From an uncultured Bacilli bacterium (GTDB lineage: Bacteria; Bacillota_I; Bacilli_A; RF39; UBA660): a stretch of 64,000 bases of DNA. The notes beneath the pieces are model-generated. The model made no database searches, was not told the origin of the DNA, and saw only the letters and a program-made list of their open reading frames with translations. Shown here in pieces: positions 1 through 9,966 of the stretch (the stretch's first letter is position 1; each line of letters starts with the position of its first letter). The stretch spans positions 2,636-66,635 of the forward strand of contig CALVHY010000027.1 of assembly GCA_944329205.1 (NCBI GenBank), in the 5' to 3' direction. The position numbers and the translations under genes are program-made.

Positions 1-252
1 TTTATCTTTAATAAAATATTTACCTTCCATTCGAAGATGCGATAATAAGTAATATTTTTCGGTTTCCAAAATAAGCCATTTTCCCCTTCTTTTAATATCT
101 TTAAAAGACTCTCCTACCAAATTATTTTTAAAATCCTTTAAAGAACTCTCAATCGTTGGTTCATAATAAACTTCTACTTCTTTTATTCTTTTATTTAAGA
201 TTTTTTTCTTTAATGTATTTCTAACCGTTTCTACCTCAGCTATTTCCGGCAT
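1..252 (-). CDS. mutM: Formamidopyrimidine-DNA glycosylase (Fpg/MutM), N-terminal part, truncated by window edge
   Basis: Reverse-strand translation from ATG at 252-250 gives MPEIAEVETVRNTLKKKIL..., the hallmark MPELPEVE N-terminus of Fpg. GGTGA RBS 5 nt upstream. Sits directly downstream of polA as in Bacillus. Confidence 0.75.
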   Translation of the reverse strand, partial: MPEIAEVETVRNTLKKKILNKRIKEVEVYYEPTIESSLKDFKNNLVGESFKDIKRRGKWLILETEKYYLLSHLRMEGKYFIKDK

Positions 253-260
253 AACTTCAC

Positions 261-2840
261 CTACTTTGCTTCATATAAATCTTTACCTTGAGCAATTCCT
301 ACTTTTAAAGGAACATCAAGTTCAATAACATTTTCCATAACCATCTTCACAATTTCTTTAACCCTTTTTTCTTCTTCTTTAATTGTATCAATCACTAATT
401 CATCATGAATTTGTAAAACCATTTTACTTTTAATATCTTGCTTTTTAAATTCTTCATAAACCCGCACCATAGCTTTCTTAATAATATCGGCACTTGTTCC
501 TTGAATTGGCGTATTAAGAGCAATTCTCTCCCCACTACTTCTAATCATATAATTACGATTATTTAACTCTTCAATAGTTCTTTTCCGATTAAAAAGGGTA
601 CGAACGGAACCCGTTTCATAAGCTTCTTTAATAATATTATCCATATATTTCTTAACTCCAGGATATAACTCATAATATTTATTGATAAAGTCTTGCGCTT
701 CTTTTCTACTAATATTGAGGTTTTCTCCTAAGCCAAAGCCACTAATTCCATAAACAATTCCAAATATAACCGCCTTTGCTGTTGACCGCATCTGTTTTGT
801 TACTTTACTTTCTTCTACCCCATAAATATCCGCGGCCACTTTTGTATGGATATCCGCATCATTCTTAAAAGCTTCGATAAGTTCTTTCGAACCGGATATA
901 TGCGCAAGTATTCTAAGTTCAATTTGAGAATAGTCTATACTTAAAAATAAATCATTAGTCGGTTTAAACGCCCGTCTAACCTTTCTTCCTTCTTCCCCCC
1001 GAATAGGAATATTTTGTAAATTAGGTTCCACGCTCGAAAGTCTTCCTGTTCTTGTAAGAGTTTGTTTAAAAATCGTATGAATCTTGCCATCGGGAAATTT
1101 CGCATTTTCCAAACTAACGGTATATGTCGAAATAATCTTGCTATAATTACGATATTCTAAAATAAGTTCAATAATGGGGTGTTTTCCCCGCAGTTTTTGT
1201 AGAGTTGCTGCATCTGTCTTAAACCCTGTTTGATTTTTCTTTCCCCCTTGAAGACCTAATTTTTCAAATAATACTTCACCAAGTTGTTTAGGACTAGATA
1301 TATTAAATTCTATCCCGGCCATTTTATAAATTTCTTTGGCTAAAAGCTCAAGTTTAGTTTCGGCTTCTTTTTTTATTTCTTCTAAAACTTTACTATCAAC
1401 TTTTACGCCAAAAAACTCCATATCCGCAAGAACCCTCACCAAAGGCATTTCAATGTCTCTGAAAAGTTCATACATTGATTCTGTTTTAAGTCCATTAACA
1501 TATTCATCTCTCGTATCATAAATAAAACGCGCTTTTAAAACAATATCCTTTTTTAGTTTATCTACATCCTTAAACTCTTTCTTTTTTTCATCAACATAAA
1601 ACTCAACATTAATTCCCTCAGGATGCATTAAGTAAGCAATATCATCCTTGGTAAAACCCTTCAAAAGATAAGCAGCAATCATTAAATCATAATTAATTGG
1701 TATCACTGCTAAATCATGCCTCATCAAAATAACATCCCAAGCTTTAGCATGATAAGTATATATAACTTTACCCTCTAAAATATGGGGTAAATTAAGAAGA
1801 TATTTAGGATCAAGAAAATAATTATGTTCTTTATCACTAAGACCAATTCCTAAAACATCTCCTTTATGATAGTTTTCATCACTAATCTCCATAAATAAAC
1901 TTACTTCATCACCCAAAACTAATTTTGTTAAATCATCTACTTCTCTATACTCAATATCATCTTTTACAACTTCTTTACGCTCAAAATTTTTAAGCAAAGA
2001 ATAAAACTCTAATTTTTCAAATATATCATGAAGCTTTTCTTCATCACTACCCTTATATTTAATATCTTCAAAGCTAATATTTAACGGTACATCTTTATAA
2101 ATTGTTGCTATATCTTTACTCATAAAAGCCTGATCACGATCTAGCTTTAATTTTTCTTTTACTTTCCCTTTAATATTATCAATATTCTCATATATTCCTT
2201 CTAAAGACCCATATTCTTGCAAAAGTTTTAAAGCTGTTTTCTCCCCAATTCCACTTACACCGGGAATATTATCAGATGAATCACCCGCTAAAGCTTTTAG
2301 ATCAATAATTTTAATAGGTTCAATTTTATATTCATCCTTAAAACTTTGAGGATTATACTTAATATAACCCGTTTGTTTCAAAAGCTTTATATCTGTTCCC
2401 TCACTAATTAATTGTAATAAATCTTTATCGCTAGAAATAATTGTCGCATCATATTCCTGATCTAAATCAGCCATTTTCGCAAGAGTTCCAATAATATCAT
2501 CAGCCTCATATGGTTCTAATTCCAAATATTTAATCCCCATTGCATCAAGTATTTTTCTAGCAACCGGCATTTGTTTGATTAGATCATCCGGTGTTTCTTG
2601 CCTTCCTTCTTTATAAAAGTCATATTTTTGCTTCCGAAAATTCTTCCCAACATCAAATGCTACGGCCATATACTCCGGCTGTTCTTCATTAATAATTTTA
2701 TTAATCATCGTTGTAAAGCCATACAAAGCATTAGTAGGAAATCCTTTACTGTTTTTCATCATTCCCCCTGAATAAACCGTCGCATAATAACTTCGAAACA
2801 TCAAATTATTTCCATCTACTAAAATAACTCTTTTCATCAT
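261..2840 (-). CDS. polA: DNA polymerase I
   Basis: 859 aa. N-terminal 5'-3' exonuclease region (VILVDGNNLMFRSYYA), C-terminal family-A polymerase motifs (RRAFKPTNDLFLSIDYSQIELRILAHIS, QIHDELV). Ends with TAG. Confidence 0.95.
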   Translation of the reverse strand: MMKRVILVDGNNLMFRSYYATVYSGGMMKNSKGFPTNALYGFTTMINKIINEEQPEYMAVAFDVGKNFRKQKYDFYKEGRQETPDDLIKQMPVARKILDAMGIKYLELEPYEADDIIGTLAKMADLDQEYDATIISSDKDLLQLISEGTDIKLLKQTGYIKYNPQSFKDEYKIEPIKIIDLKALAGDSSDNIPGVSGIGEKTALKLLQEYGSLEGIYENIDNIKGKVKEKLKLDRDQAFMSKDIATIYKDVPLNISFEDIKYKGSDEEKLHDIFEKLEFYSLLKNFERKEVVKDDIEYREVDDLTKLVLGDEVSLFMEISDENYHKGDVLGIGLSDKEHNYFLDPKYLLNLPHILEGKVIYTYHAKAWDVILMRHDLAVIPINYDLMIAAYLLKGFTKDDIAYLMHPEGINVEFYVDEKKKEFKDVDKLKKDIVLKARFIYDTRDEYVNGLKTESMYELFRDIEMPLVRVLADMEFFGVKVDSKVLEEIKKEAETKLELLAKEIYKMAGIEFNISSPKQLGEVLFEKLGLQGGKKNQTGFKTDAATLQKLRGKHPIIELILEYRNYSKIISTYTVSLENAKFPDGKIHTIFKQTLTRTGRLSSVEPNLQNIPIRGEEGRKVRRAFKPTNDLFLSIDYSQIELRILAHISGSKELIEAFKNDADIHTKVAADIYGVEESKVTKQMRSTAKAVIFGIVYGISGFGLGENLNISRKEAQDFINKYYELYPGVKKYMDNIIKEAYETGSVRTLFNRKRTIEELNNRNYMIRSSGERIALNTPIQGTSADIIKKAMVRVYEEFKKQDIKSKMVLQIHDELVIDTIKEEEKRVKEIVKMVMENVIELDVPLKVGIAQGKDLYEAK

Positions 2841-2898
2841 CCACCTCTAACATATCCTCATTATATCATGAATTTAAAAAAGAAAAAAGCGCTAATTA

Positions 2899-3666
2899 CT
2901 AAGCTTTTAGCCGCTCTCTAACTAAGGCATTCCGCTCGTATTTTTCGGTTTGCAGACTCTCTTTTTTATCTCTAAGTTCTATTGCCTCTCTTAAATAAAC
3001 AATTTTCTTACCCAATAATTTTTCCAAATACTTTTGCAATTCTTCTATAAATAAAACACTTCTTCTTGCCTCATACATATCTTTTAACTTAGGATAACTA
3101 TTTACCACATCTTTAAATAAACCATCAACCAAAAAATAAATAATCTCCAAATTAAAACCATTTAAATTATTTTTTAACACTTCTTCATAATCCAGCTTGC
3201 TAAAACTATACTCTAACGTATCGATAATATACAACCTAGAACCTAGCAAAATATTATACATAACATCATAGCACTTAACTTTTTTACTAGTTATATCATA
3301 AATATCTTCTTGGGCTTTTTTAACTAAACGGATAAACCGTTCTAAATTAACATTTAAAGGATTTATCTCACTTAAACTCTTCGCCCGCTTATAAACCGTT
3401 ATATCCCCAATTACTTTCCCCTCTAACATCATTACATCTTGAGGAAACACAAAAGTAGATGATTTTATATGCCTAAATGCTAAGATTTTTTCTTTATCAA
3501 AGCTCGCATAATCATCATCAACTTCCCAGTAATCATGATAAAACTTATAAACCATTTTATCAAGCTTATAACAAACTCCTTGTGATCCTTGATTCAAATA
3601 ATTTAGTGATTGTCTAAATTGTTCTACTTCGCCTCTATTATTAAAAACCATTCTTATTCCCCCCAA
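2899..3666 (-). CDS. hypothetical protein (255 aa)
   Basis: Long ORF in the operon orientation between the AI-2E transporter gene and polA. No family recognised. Confidence 0.45.
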   Translation of the reverse strand: MGGIRMVFNNRGEVEQFRQSLNYLNQGSQGVCYKLDKMVYKFYHDYWEVDDDYASFDKEKILAFRHIKSSTFVFPQDVMMLEGKVIGDITVYKRAKSLSEINPLNVNLERFIRLVKKAQEDIYDITSKKVKCYDVMYNILLGSRLYIIDTLEYSFSKLDYEEVLKNNLNGFNLEIIYFLVDGLFKDVVNSYPKLKDMYEARRSVLFIEELQKYLEKLLGKKIVYLREAIELRDKKESLQTEKYERNALVRERLKA

Positions 3667-3671
3667 TAAAT

Positions 3672-4817
3672 CTAAATTTCTTTGGCTATATTTTTTTTGT
3701 TTTTAGACCGATAATTAACATCCGTTGCCAAAATACTATAACCAATCGCCGCCAAAGGAACACTTACAAGCATTCCTAAAACTCCGGCTACACTAGCGCC
3801 AATTGTCACTGCCACAAACACCCATATACCCGGCAGTCCCACGGATTTTCCTACAACTTTTGGATATATAAAATTACCTTCTAATTGTTGTAAAACAATA
3901 ATAAAAATAACAAAGATTAAAGCTTCAAGAGGACTAACCATAAAGATTAAAAAGGCCCCAATAATAGTACCAATAAAAGCTCCATAAACAGGAATTAACG
4001 CTGTAACGCCAATTAAAACTGATATAGTCGCCGCATAAGGAATCCCTAAAATAAGCATGCCGATAAAACAAAGAACGCCAATTATAAGGGCCTCTAAACC
4101 CTGACCACTGACAAAACTAGCACAAATACGATTAGAAAGTCTTGCAGTATCTTTGATCTTTCTAACTTTTGATATAGATAGATATGCTTTTAAAACTTTA
4201 TCCATTTGCGCTAAAAGCTTCTCTTTTTGGGCCAACAAATAAATAGCAAAAACTAGAGCAATAACCATATTAACTACTATATTTATGACATTTGTCGCTA
4301 CCCCCAAAGTAACTTCTAATATTTTATCACCATTATTGCTTATGTAAGCAATCGCTTTATCAGCAAAATTCTTAACCCCCTCTTCTATTTGTCCTACTAT
4401 ATCTGCACTAACATTAAATCTATCCAATAATTCTCTTACATTCTCCTCATACCTAGGCATATTATCTACAAACAAAACAAATGTATTTTTAAGTTGCGGA
4501 ATAATTAATAACAATAAAACAACTAAAAACGTAAAAACAATTGCTAAACTCAAAATAAGACTAATCCCTCTTTTACTCTTATTACTCATTTTAGCTTTAT
4601 TAAGCAGCTTACCCTCAATTAAATTAACCAAAATATTAAGAATAAAAGCTATAACTATTCCAATTATAAAAGGTCTTAATACTCTTATAACCACACCCAC
4701 AAAGTTCCATATATCTTTAATATGAATAAAGATAAATATTAAAACAACCGTTAATAAAACTAACTTTCCAATATCCCTTTTATTTTCTTTTATCATTATT
4801 ATACCACCTACCACCAT
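3672..4817 (-). CDS. AI-2E family (PerM/UPF0118) membrane transporter
   Basis: 381 aa polytopic membrane protein (about 8 TM) with the architecture and conserved C-terminal region typical of AI-2E/YdiK-type permeases. Confidence 0.7.
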   Translation of the reverse strand: MVVGGIIMIKENKRDIGKLVLLTVVLIFIFIHIKDIWNFVGVVIRVLRPFIIGIVIAFILNILVNLIEGKLLNKAKMSNKSKRGISLILSLAIVFTFLVVLLLLIIPQLKNTFVLFVDNMPRYEENVRELLDRFNVSADIVGQIEEGVKNFADKAIAYISNNGDKILEVTLGVATNVINIVVNMVIALVFAIYLLAQKEKLLAQMDKVLKAYLSISKVRKIKDTARLSNRICASFVSGQGLEALIIGVLCFIGMLILGIPYAATISVLIGVTALIPVYGAFIGTIIGAFLIFMVSPLEALIFVIFIIVLQQLEGNFIYPKVVGKSVGLPGIWVFVAVTIGASVAGVLGMLVSVPLAAIGYSILATDVNYRSKNKKNIAKEI

Positions 4818-4855
4818 TATAATATAAAGTATCTAAAAGATAAAGAAAAAAAGTA

Positions 4856-5281
4856 TTAATAATCTTCATTAATACTATCAATAAATTCCATTTGTTCATC
4901 AACTACACTTTTAAGTCTTCTTTTAAAGATAACAACTCTTCTTTTCAAAGTTTCGGCATCTTGTTCAATTTTATCAGCCTTAAGTAAAGCATCATTAACT
5001 ATTCGGGAAGCATTTCTTCTTGCCTCATCGATCAATCCCTTAGCCTCATCTCTAGCTACTCTCTTAATTTGATTAGAAGCATCTTCTGCTACTACTAATG
5101 CTCTATTTAAAGTATTTTCCATATTTTGATATTTTTCTAAATCTTTTTTCAAACTAGCTATTTCTTGATCTTGTTGCTTCAATTTTGTAAGCATTGCCTC
5201 ATACTCTTGCGTAACTTCATTGACAAAGTTATTAACTTCGATCTTATTATAGCCACTTATACTTGTATTAAACTTTCTCAA
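4856..5281 (-). CDS. DivIVA-domain cell-division protein
   Basis: 141 aa coiled-coil protein. N-terminus (FNTSISGYNKIEVNNFVNEV) matches the DivIVA/GpsB N-terminal lipid-binding domain. Immediately downstream of sepF. Confidence 0.7.
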   Translation of the reverse strand: MRKFNTSISGYNKIEVNNFVNEVTQEYEAMLTKLKQQDQEIASLKKDLEKYQNMENTLNRALVVAEDASNQIKRVARDEAKGLIDEARRNASRIVNDALLKADKIEQDAETLKRRVVIFKRRLKSVVDEQMEFIDSINEDY

Positions 5282-5319
5282 AAGAGCCTCACCTCAACAA
5301 ACATCTTCCCACTTCTATT

Positions 5320-5727
5320 TTACCATTCTTCTTCTGTATCTGCCTTATTTTTCTCTGACTCATCACTAATTTTGCCTTGAACATTAACATTTTTAGGTGT
5401 ACAAAGATAGATACCTACCCCAATTTTTTGCATTGTTCCCCCAATCGCATAAATACAACCGCTTAAAAAATCAATAATTCTTTTGGCTTGATCGGAAGTA
5501 ACTCGTTTTAAATTTACAACCACACTATTCCGATTTTTTAAGTGATCAGCAATTTGTTGAGACTCTGAATAAGCACGAGGCTCAAGCAAAATCATTTTAT
5601 TCCCTGATTTATCAGCTTCTGCTAAAGCATCAGCCTCACTAATATTATAAAACTCATCCTCTGTTCCTGTTAAAGTATCATCATCATCTACATCTTTGAA
5701 AAGACTTCTAAATTTTCCTAGAGCCAT
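5320..5727 (-). CDS. sepF: Cell division protein SepF
   Basis: 135 aa. C-terminal SepF/DUF552 core (MILLEPRAYSESQQIADHLKNRNSVVVNL...IDFLSGCIYAIGGTMQKIG). AGGAGG RBS. Confidence 0.8.
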   Translation of the reverse strand: MALGKFRSLFKDVDDDDTLTGTEDEFYNISEADALAEADKSGNKMILLEPRAYSESQQIADHLKNRNSVVVNLKRVTSDQAKRIIDFLSGCIYAIGGTMQKIGVGIYLCTPKNVNVQGKISDESEKNKADTEEEW

Positions 5728-5817
5728 TATGCACTCCTCCTATTATTTAAATTACTCCTTTATTCTATCAAATATTTAATTAGAATGCAAGAGTCCAAAC
5801 ATAAAAAAATGTTCAAA

Positions 5818-6105
5818 TTATAGATATTCCATAATTTGAACATTTTGGGCTAACTTAAGAACCAAATCTTTTTGATCATACTTATTAAATATTTCCATAA
5901 AATTACTATTATCCATCAAAAACATATCATGATAATAAGTAAAGATCTCAATTAAATTCGTAACACCCATGTCATTTAAATATTCTAAATTCTTTGATAC
6001 TAACTTTTTATGAGCCTCAATTTCCTTAATTAAAGAACTAGTTGAATTTTCTTTTATTGCTTCTATCTCTTCTTTTTTAAAGCCAAATTTTTCTAAAAAC
6101 TTCAT
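5818..6105 (-). CDS. hypothetical protein (95 aa)
   Basis: ORF in the same orientation, stop-start overlap (ATGA) with the upstream gene. Confidence 0.4.
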   Translation of the reverse strand: MKFLEKFGFKKEEIEAIKENSTSSLIKEIEAHKKLVSKNLEYLNDMGVTNLIEIFTYYHDMFLMDNSNFMEIFNKYDQKDLVLKLAQNVQIMEYL

Positions 6106-6851
6106 GCTCTACCTCTCTTTTCTATTTCTTCAGGAAAAGCACTTATAACTAACTCTCTAACACTTTCCATCTGTGGTGTTACATCTAATCCTTCGAACAT
6201 CACACTTGCTACTATATCACTAAGTGGTAAAAAACGATACTCTTTTCTTGCTAAAGCCCCTACAACTTTCTTAGAAATATTATCAACAACTTGTGGTAAA
6301 TACTCATTTGTCGCATTACGTAAAACCAAGAAATTTAAATTTTCCAGTATTTGATTATACACTTGTCGATCTTCCGGATCAAGTAATTCGAGTCTATTTT
6401 CTTCCTCAGCTATTTCTTGAGCTGTTTTAATTTCCTTTAACGGTTTTTTTGTAGAGTATTCCGCGAACAAAATTTTATTATATAATTCCGGTCTAAACTC
6501 CCTATCTTCATTTACATACATAATATTATTATTCATACAAAACTTAACTCTCTCCAAGAAATCTCTTTTAAAACAAGCTGGTCTTAAGTTATTTTGAAAA
6601 ACATCTTTCAAACCTAAAGCGACAATTTCATCCAATACTTGTTCAAGTTCACCAATTTCTCTTTCATTCATCGTTAATATTTTCAAAAACTCACCCGGAA
6701 CTGTAGCTACTTCAAACCCGTGTCTAGTAAACTCTTCTTTAACTCTTTTAGCATTATCATAACTCGCAATATGAATGTCGGCTAAAAACTTAGTGATTAA
6801 TACGTCTTCCTCCGTTCTTATTCCTAAATCTCTAAAGTCTGTAAATTTCAT
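6102..6851 (-). CDS. hypothetical protein (249 aa)
   Basis: Long ORF tightly coupled to flanking genes. No recognisable motif. Confidence 0.45.
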   Translation of the reverse strand: MKFTDFRDLGIRTEEDVLITKFLADIHIASYDNAKRVKEEFTRHGFEVATVPGEFLKILTMNEREIGELEQVLDEIVALGLKDVFQNNLRPACFKRDFLERVKFCMNNNIMYVNEDREFRPELYNKILFAEYSTKKPLKEIKTAQEIAEEENRLELLDPEDRQVYNQILENLNFLVLRNATNEYLPQVVDNISKKVVGALARKEYRFLPLSDIVASVMFEGLDVTPQMESVRELVISAFPEEIEKRGRA

Positions 6852-6864
6852 TTTCTAAACCTCC

Positions 6865-7923
6865 CTAATAAGCCATAAGTGGCACTTTCTTTGGATCTAA
6901 ACCACTACTTTGTAGTAAAATAATTGCTTTATCAAGTCCCTTATAATCATATTTTGTAAGTACTGTTGGATTTAAATATATATCTAAAGCACTCTTACCA
7001 ATTCTAAGTAATCTATCCATTTTGGCCTCTAATTCTTTATCATAAAGCAAATTAATATGATCAACAAATATATCTAAACTAAGTTCATTTTCTTTAAATA
7101 TATTAACATTTCTCCTAATAACTTTTTCATTAAAGTGTTCAAGTACTTGATCTAAATCACTAGTTGTATAATCTAAATAATCAAGCCCTATTTCATTAAA
7201 CAAATCAATCAGATCTTCCCGGTCAAACTTCTTTTCTTCTTTAACTGGTTCTATTCTTTTCTCCTGTTCTTCTTCGATGCTTTCTTCTTCTAACACTTCT
7301 TCTTTAGGAGGACTTACTTCTTCTTGACTTTTTGCTTCTTGCATTACTTCACTAATACTTTTCTTTTCGGATTCTTTTATTCTCGCATCATAATCATACA
7401 AAGCATCTTCAGGGAACATAAGAATTTTAGCTGCTTCTCTTGTTTCTTCTTCCGTCATATCAAACTGTTCTAACAAAGATGTGATTGAATCCCGGGTAAT
7501 ATTTATATTACCGGCTAGTGCTAAATCAAAATATTCATTTAATTTTTCTTGATTAGCTATAGCTGCATCTTTTCTTATTCCTATTTCTTCAATCGTGGTA
7601 ATCGCACTATTCATTTCTTCTTCAACTTTAATTAATTCTTCTTGGCTTTCCTTAATATCTTCATTTACTCTCTCAATTGTCTCAGGTAAACTCTCATCTA
7701 GTCTAGCCACTAAAGCTTCCGGATCAAAATTAATGTGCAATCTATCAATAACAGTCTCATAAGAACTCTTATCAATCCCCTTTAATACTTCAATTAATTT
7801 ACGACCCTGTTCTGTTAGATTTTTACTATCCGATTCAAGCCCAGCAATCTTCTCTTGCAAAGCACTCTTTTCTTTAGTTGTCCGCTCTTTTGTTTCCTCT
7901 GCTTTAGCATGAGCACTTTCCAT
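6865..7923 (-). CDS. acidic coiled-coil protein (352 aa)
   Basis: Long ORF, highly charged and helical. Its start abuts the stop of a 27-aa upstream ORF. Confidence 0.5.
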   Translation of the reverse strand: MESAHAKAEETKERTTKEKSALQEKIAGLESDSKNLTEQGRKLIEVLKGIDKSSYETVIDRLHINFDPEALVARLDESLPETIERVNEDIKESQEELIKVEEEMNSAITTIEEIGIRKDAAIANQEKLNEYFDLALAGNINITRDSITSLLEQFDMTEEETREAAKILMFPEDALYDYDARIKESEKKSISEVMQEAKSQEEVSPPKEEVLEEESIEEEQEKRIEPVKEEKKFDREDLIDLFNEIGLDYLDYTTSDLDQVLEHFNEKVIRRNVNIFKENELSLDIFVDHINLLYDKELEAKMDRLLRIGKSALDIYLNPTVLTKYDYKGLDKAIILLQSSGLDPKKVPLMAY

Positions 7924-8007
7924 TTATTTAAATACCACACTATCACTGCCACGTAGATTATATAACTTATCAAGAAGTCTTGTCACTTCTGGAGATAATA
8001 TTTTCAT
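7924..8007 (-). CDS. small ORF (27 aa, MKILSPEVTRLLDKLYNLRGSDSVVFK)
   Basis: ATG at 8007-8005 preceded by AGGAG RBS (revcomp of 8014-8018). TAA stop immediately followed by the ATG of the 352-aa gene (TAAATG), suggesting translational coupling. Below the ORF-track size cutoff. Confidence 0.3.
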   Translation of the reverse strand: MKILSPEVTRLLDKLYNLRGSDSVVFK

Positions 8008-8149
8008 AATCAACACTCCTTATTCTACATCTAATTATAACAAACCAATAAGTAATTGTAAACCACTTTTTCATAACATCTCATCAAAAAACTGATAAAC
8101 AAACCCTTAACATCAACATAATATATCGTACGTTAGTACTGTTCGAAAA

Positions 8150-8340
8150 CGAAAAAAGCGCGTCGGCCTAAAGGCCGATTAACCAAGTTACGCCCCTTCT
8201 TAGTTACCCTACTCATTTTGGACCCAGTTAGATAGGCTATATATAATGTAGTTATACCTAATTTGCCAAGCATTTGCTTGGCAAGAATAAAATTTGTAGT
8301 ACGGGTATAGCCGGCAAGCGGAGCTTGGCGGCTAAACTTG
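8150..8340 (-). ncRNA. GC-rich hairpin-dense non-coding region (candidate small RNA or foreign remnant)
   Basis: About 190 nt with GC far above the local background, lying between two Rho-independent terminators. Minus strand shows a 12-bp stem (TAGCCGCCAAGC-tcc-GCTTGCCGGCTA), a 10-bp stem (TTGCCAAGCA-aat-GCTTGGCAA), and a terminal CGGCC-ttta-GGCCG hairpin followed by ACGCGC-T6. No RBS-preceded ORF. Confidence 0.25.
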
Positions 8341-8396
8341 CAAAAAAACGGCATACGAAAAAGGGCGTTTAGCCCTTTAATGGTATGCCGTTTTTT
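8341..8396. terminator. bidirectional Rho-independent terminator
   Basis: CGGCATAC...GTATGCCG stem enclosing a GGGCG-ttta-GCCC hairpin, flanked by A7 on one side and T6 on the other. Terminates the surface-protein gene ending at 8411. Confidence 0.6.
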
Positions 8397-8410
8397 ACAT
8401 ACTCTTTACG

Positions 8411-9736
8411 TCAAACGACCGTAAACGGATCGCTGGCACTGCCACTGCCCGTTAACTGCACATCAGCCTTCAGATTTAATACTGGGCGCACCCCGAACGT
8501 GCTATCCACGCGGTTGTAGTTGTCCAGGTCGCCAAACGAATACACAATGAACACGCGAGCATTGCTGCCGTTAAAGTAAGACGGAGACATGGTCCAATAT
8601 ATGCTGTTTGTATATAGGTAGTAACTACTATTTCCTGTTCCATATACTCCTCCAGCATAGGCTACTTCATCGGCCGTGATTAATCCTACCGGATAGGTTA
8701 ACGCTTCATTCCCTACTCCTGCCCCGTCAACGGTATATAGATCGTTATCAGGATCAGGACAATCATATGTTGGTGTCTTATTTGTATTTAATCGATATCT
8801 TGCTCCATAATAAGTTACAGTTGTTCCTGTTCCTCCTGTATCATTTGGTGCTCCAGTAGAACTCGTTGTTGATGTTCGATCACCACAGAATCCTGTTGTT
8901 GTTGATATCTTACTGGTGTAGTCTGTATTATTTGCTATATTATTTTGGTACCATGTATCTACGGCACTTTTTATACCACTATTTGTTCCCAATCCATGCA
9001 CTTGATTTAATGTATACATATATCCTACATAAGCATTGTTATTATATGTACTACTATTTATGGAAAACGTACTTGTTCCTGTTTGAGTACTACTTCCTGT
9101 GGTACTTGTACCGGTTCCATTATAGATAATTCTTATTGTCCCATCACCATTAATTCGGATGATCCGCCAATAGAATCCGGCAAATTGTAACCAGTTTTCG
9201 GTATTTGCTCCCGCAAAGTAATAACTTGTCCCCTCGCCATCCGGTGCTTGGTATATCGTACCATTAGTGTTTGATGTTAATACCGATGAAAAGCTTGTCC
9301 TTTCTTGGATCGTTTTATCTGCTAGTATTGATTGACATGCTGCTCCACATGTAAGATCAAAATATAAATAACATTTTGTCCCCTTTTGAGATGTGCCTAG
9401 TATATTTGTTTTCCCATCTACATATTCAATAGTGATACCCTCATCTTTTACATCATCTATGGCACAATAACTCTCACTTGTGTTTAATACATAATCACTT
9501 GTTGGGACTGTATCTACTTCATCATATCCTCCCGCTTCATTTTGTTGGTATATAGCCACTATATTTAAATCATAAGGAATATATGTGATTGTCCCATTGA
9601 TTAAAGGAAAAGATTCGGTTACCCGATATTTTGCTCTTGTAAAATTTAGGATTAAGGTTGTAATTAACGCTATTACGATGACTCCTATAATGATGTTTCT
9701 TGTTAAATGATTCTTTTTTAAAGTCTCTATTTCCAT
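8411..9736 (-). CDS. surface protein, N-terminal signal-anchor, paralog A (441 aa)
   Basis: N-terminal TM (NIIIGVIVIALITTLILNF), then a Thr/Ser/Gly-rich extracellular domain. About 60% identical to the product of 26428..27738 through most of its length. The last roughly 200 nt are strongly GC-rich. Confidence 0.7.
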   Translation of the reverse strand: MEIETLKKNHLTRNIIIGVIVIALITTLILNFTRAKYRVTESFPLINGTITYIPYDLNIVAIYQQNEAGGYDEVDTVPTSDYVLNTSESYCAIDDVKDEGITIEYVDGKTNILGTSQKGTKCYLYFDLTCGAACQSILADKTIQERTSFSSVLTSNTNGTIYQAPDGEGTSYYFAGANTENWLQFAGFYWRIIRINGDGTIRIIYNGTGTSTTGSSTQTGTSTFSINSSTYNNNAYVGYMYTLNQVHGLGTNSGIKSAVDTWYQNNIANNTDYTSKISTTTGFCGDRTSTTSSTGAPNDTGGTGTTVTYYGARYRLNTNKTPTYDCPDPDNDLYTVDGAGVGNEALTYPVGLITADEVAYAGGVYGTGNSSYYLYTNSIYWTMSPSYFNGSNARVFIVYSFGDLDNYNRVDSTFGVRPVLNLKADVQLTGSGSASDPFTVV

Positions 9737-9864
9737 GGTTTTTCCTCTTTTCTTCCCGCATCATAGCATACTTTTAAATTTATTTCATTACGTTCGACAA
9801 AACTAGCTAAAACTTTATCTTATCCGCTATTATCATAGGTATATTTTGCCTATCATATATAATA

Positions 9865-9893
9865 AATATACATTATTATTGAGGATAAGTCAA
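9865..9893 (-). promoter_or_regulatory. sigma-A-type promoter for paralog A (TTGACT-17-TATATT)
   Basis: Minus strand reads TTGACT (9893-9888), 17-nt spacer, TATATT (9870-9865). Same architecture as the promoter of paralog B. Confidence 0.5.
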
Positions 9894-9966
9894 TCATTAA
9901 TTCTTCAATAACACATTTATAAATCTCGAATATAATACACTGGAATATATAAAGGAGGAATATATT

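Noticed and set aside
8133-8354. 73-aa ORF on the minus strand inside the GC-rich region
   Set aside because: No RBS, it lies entirely within hairpin-forming GC-rich sequence, and it has an arbitrary composition. More likely non-coding.
8150-8400. Possibility that the structured GC-rich region is tmRNA, RNase P RNA, SRP RNA or 6S RNA
   Set aside because: No tRNA-like CCA end or GGATTCGAACC T-loop (tmRNA). No AGGAAAGTCC P4 motif (RNase P). No GGUGCUGUUU...AGGAAGCAGC domain-IV motif (SRP). It is also too short. Left as an unassigned structured element.
9737-9966. TPP or other riboswitch upstream of the NMT1/ThiY-like ABC transporter
   Set aside because: No CUGAGA or GGGG...ACCC TPP-box. The region is AT-rich promoter-like sequence only.
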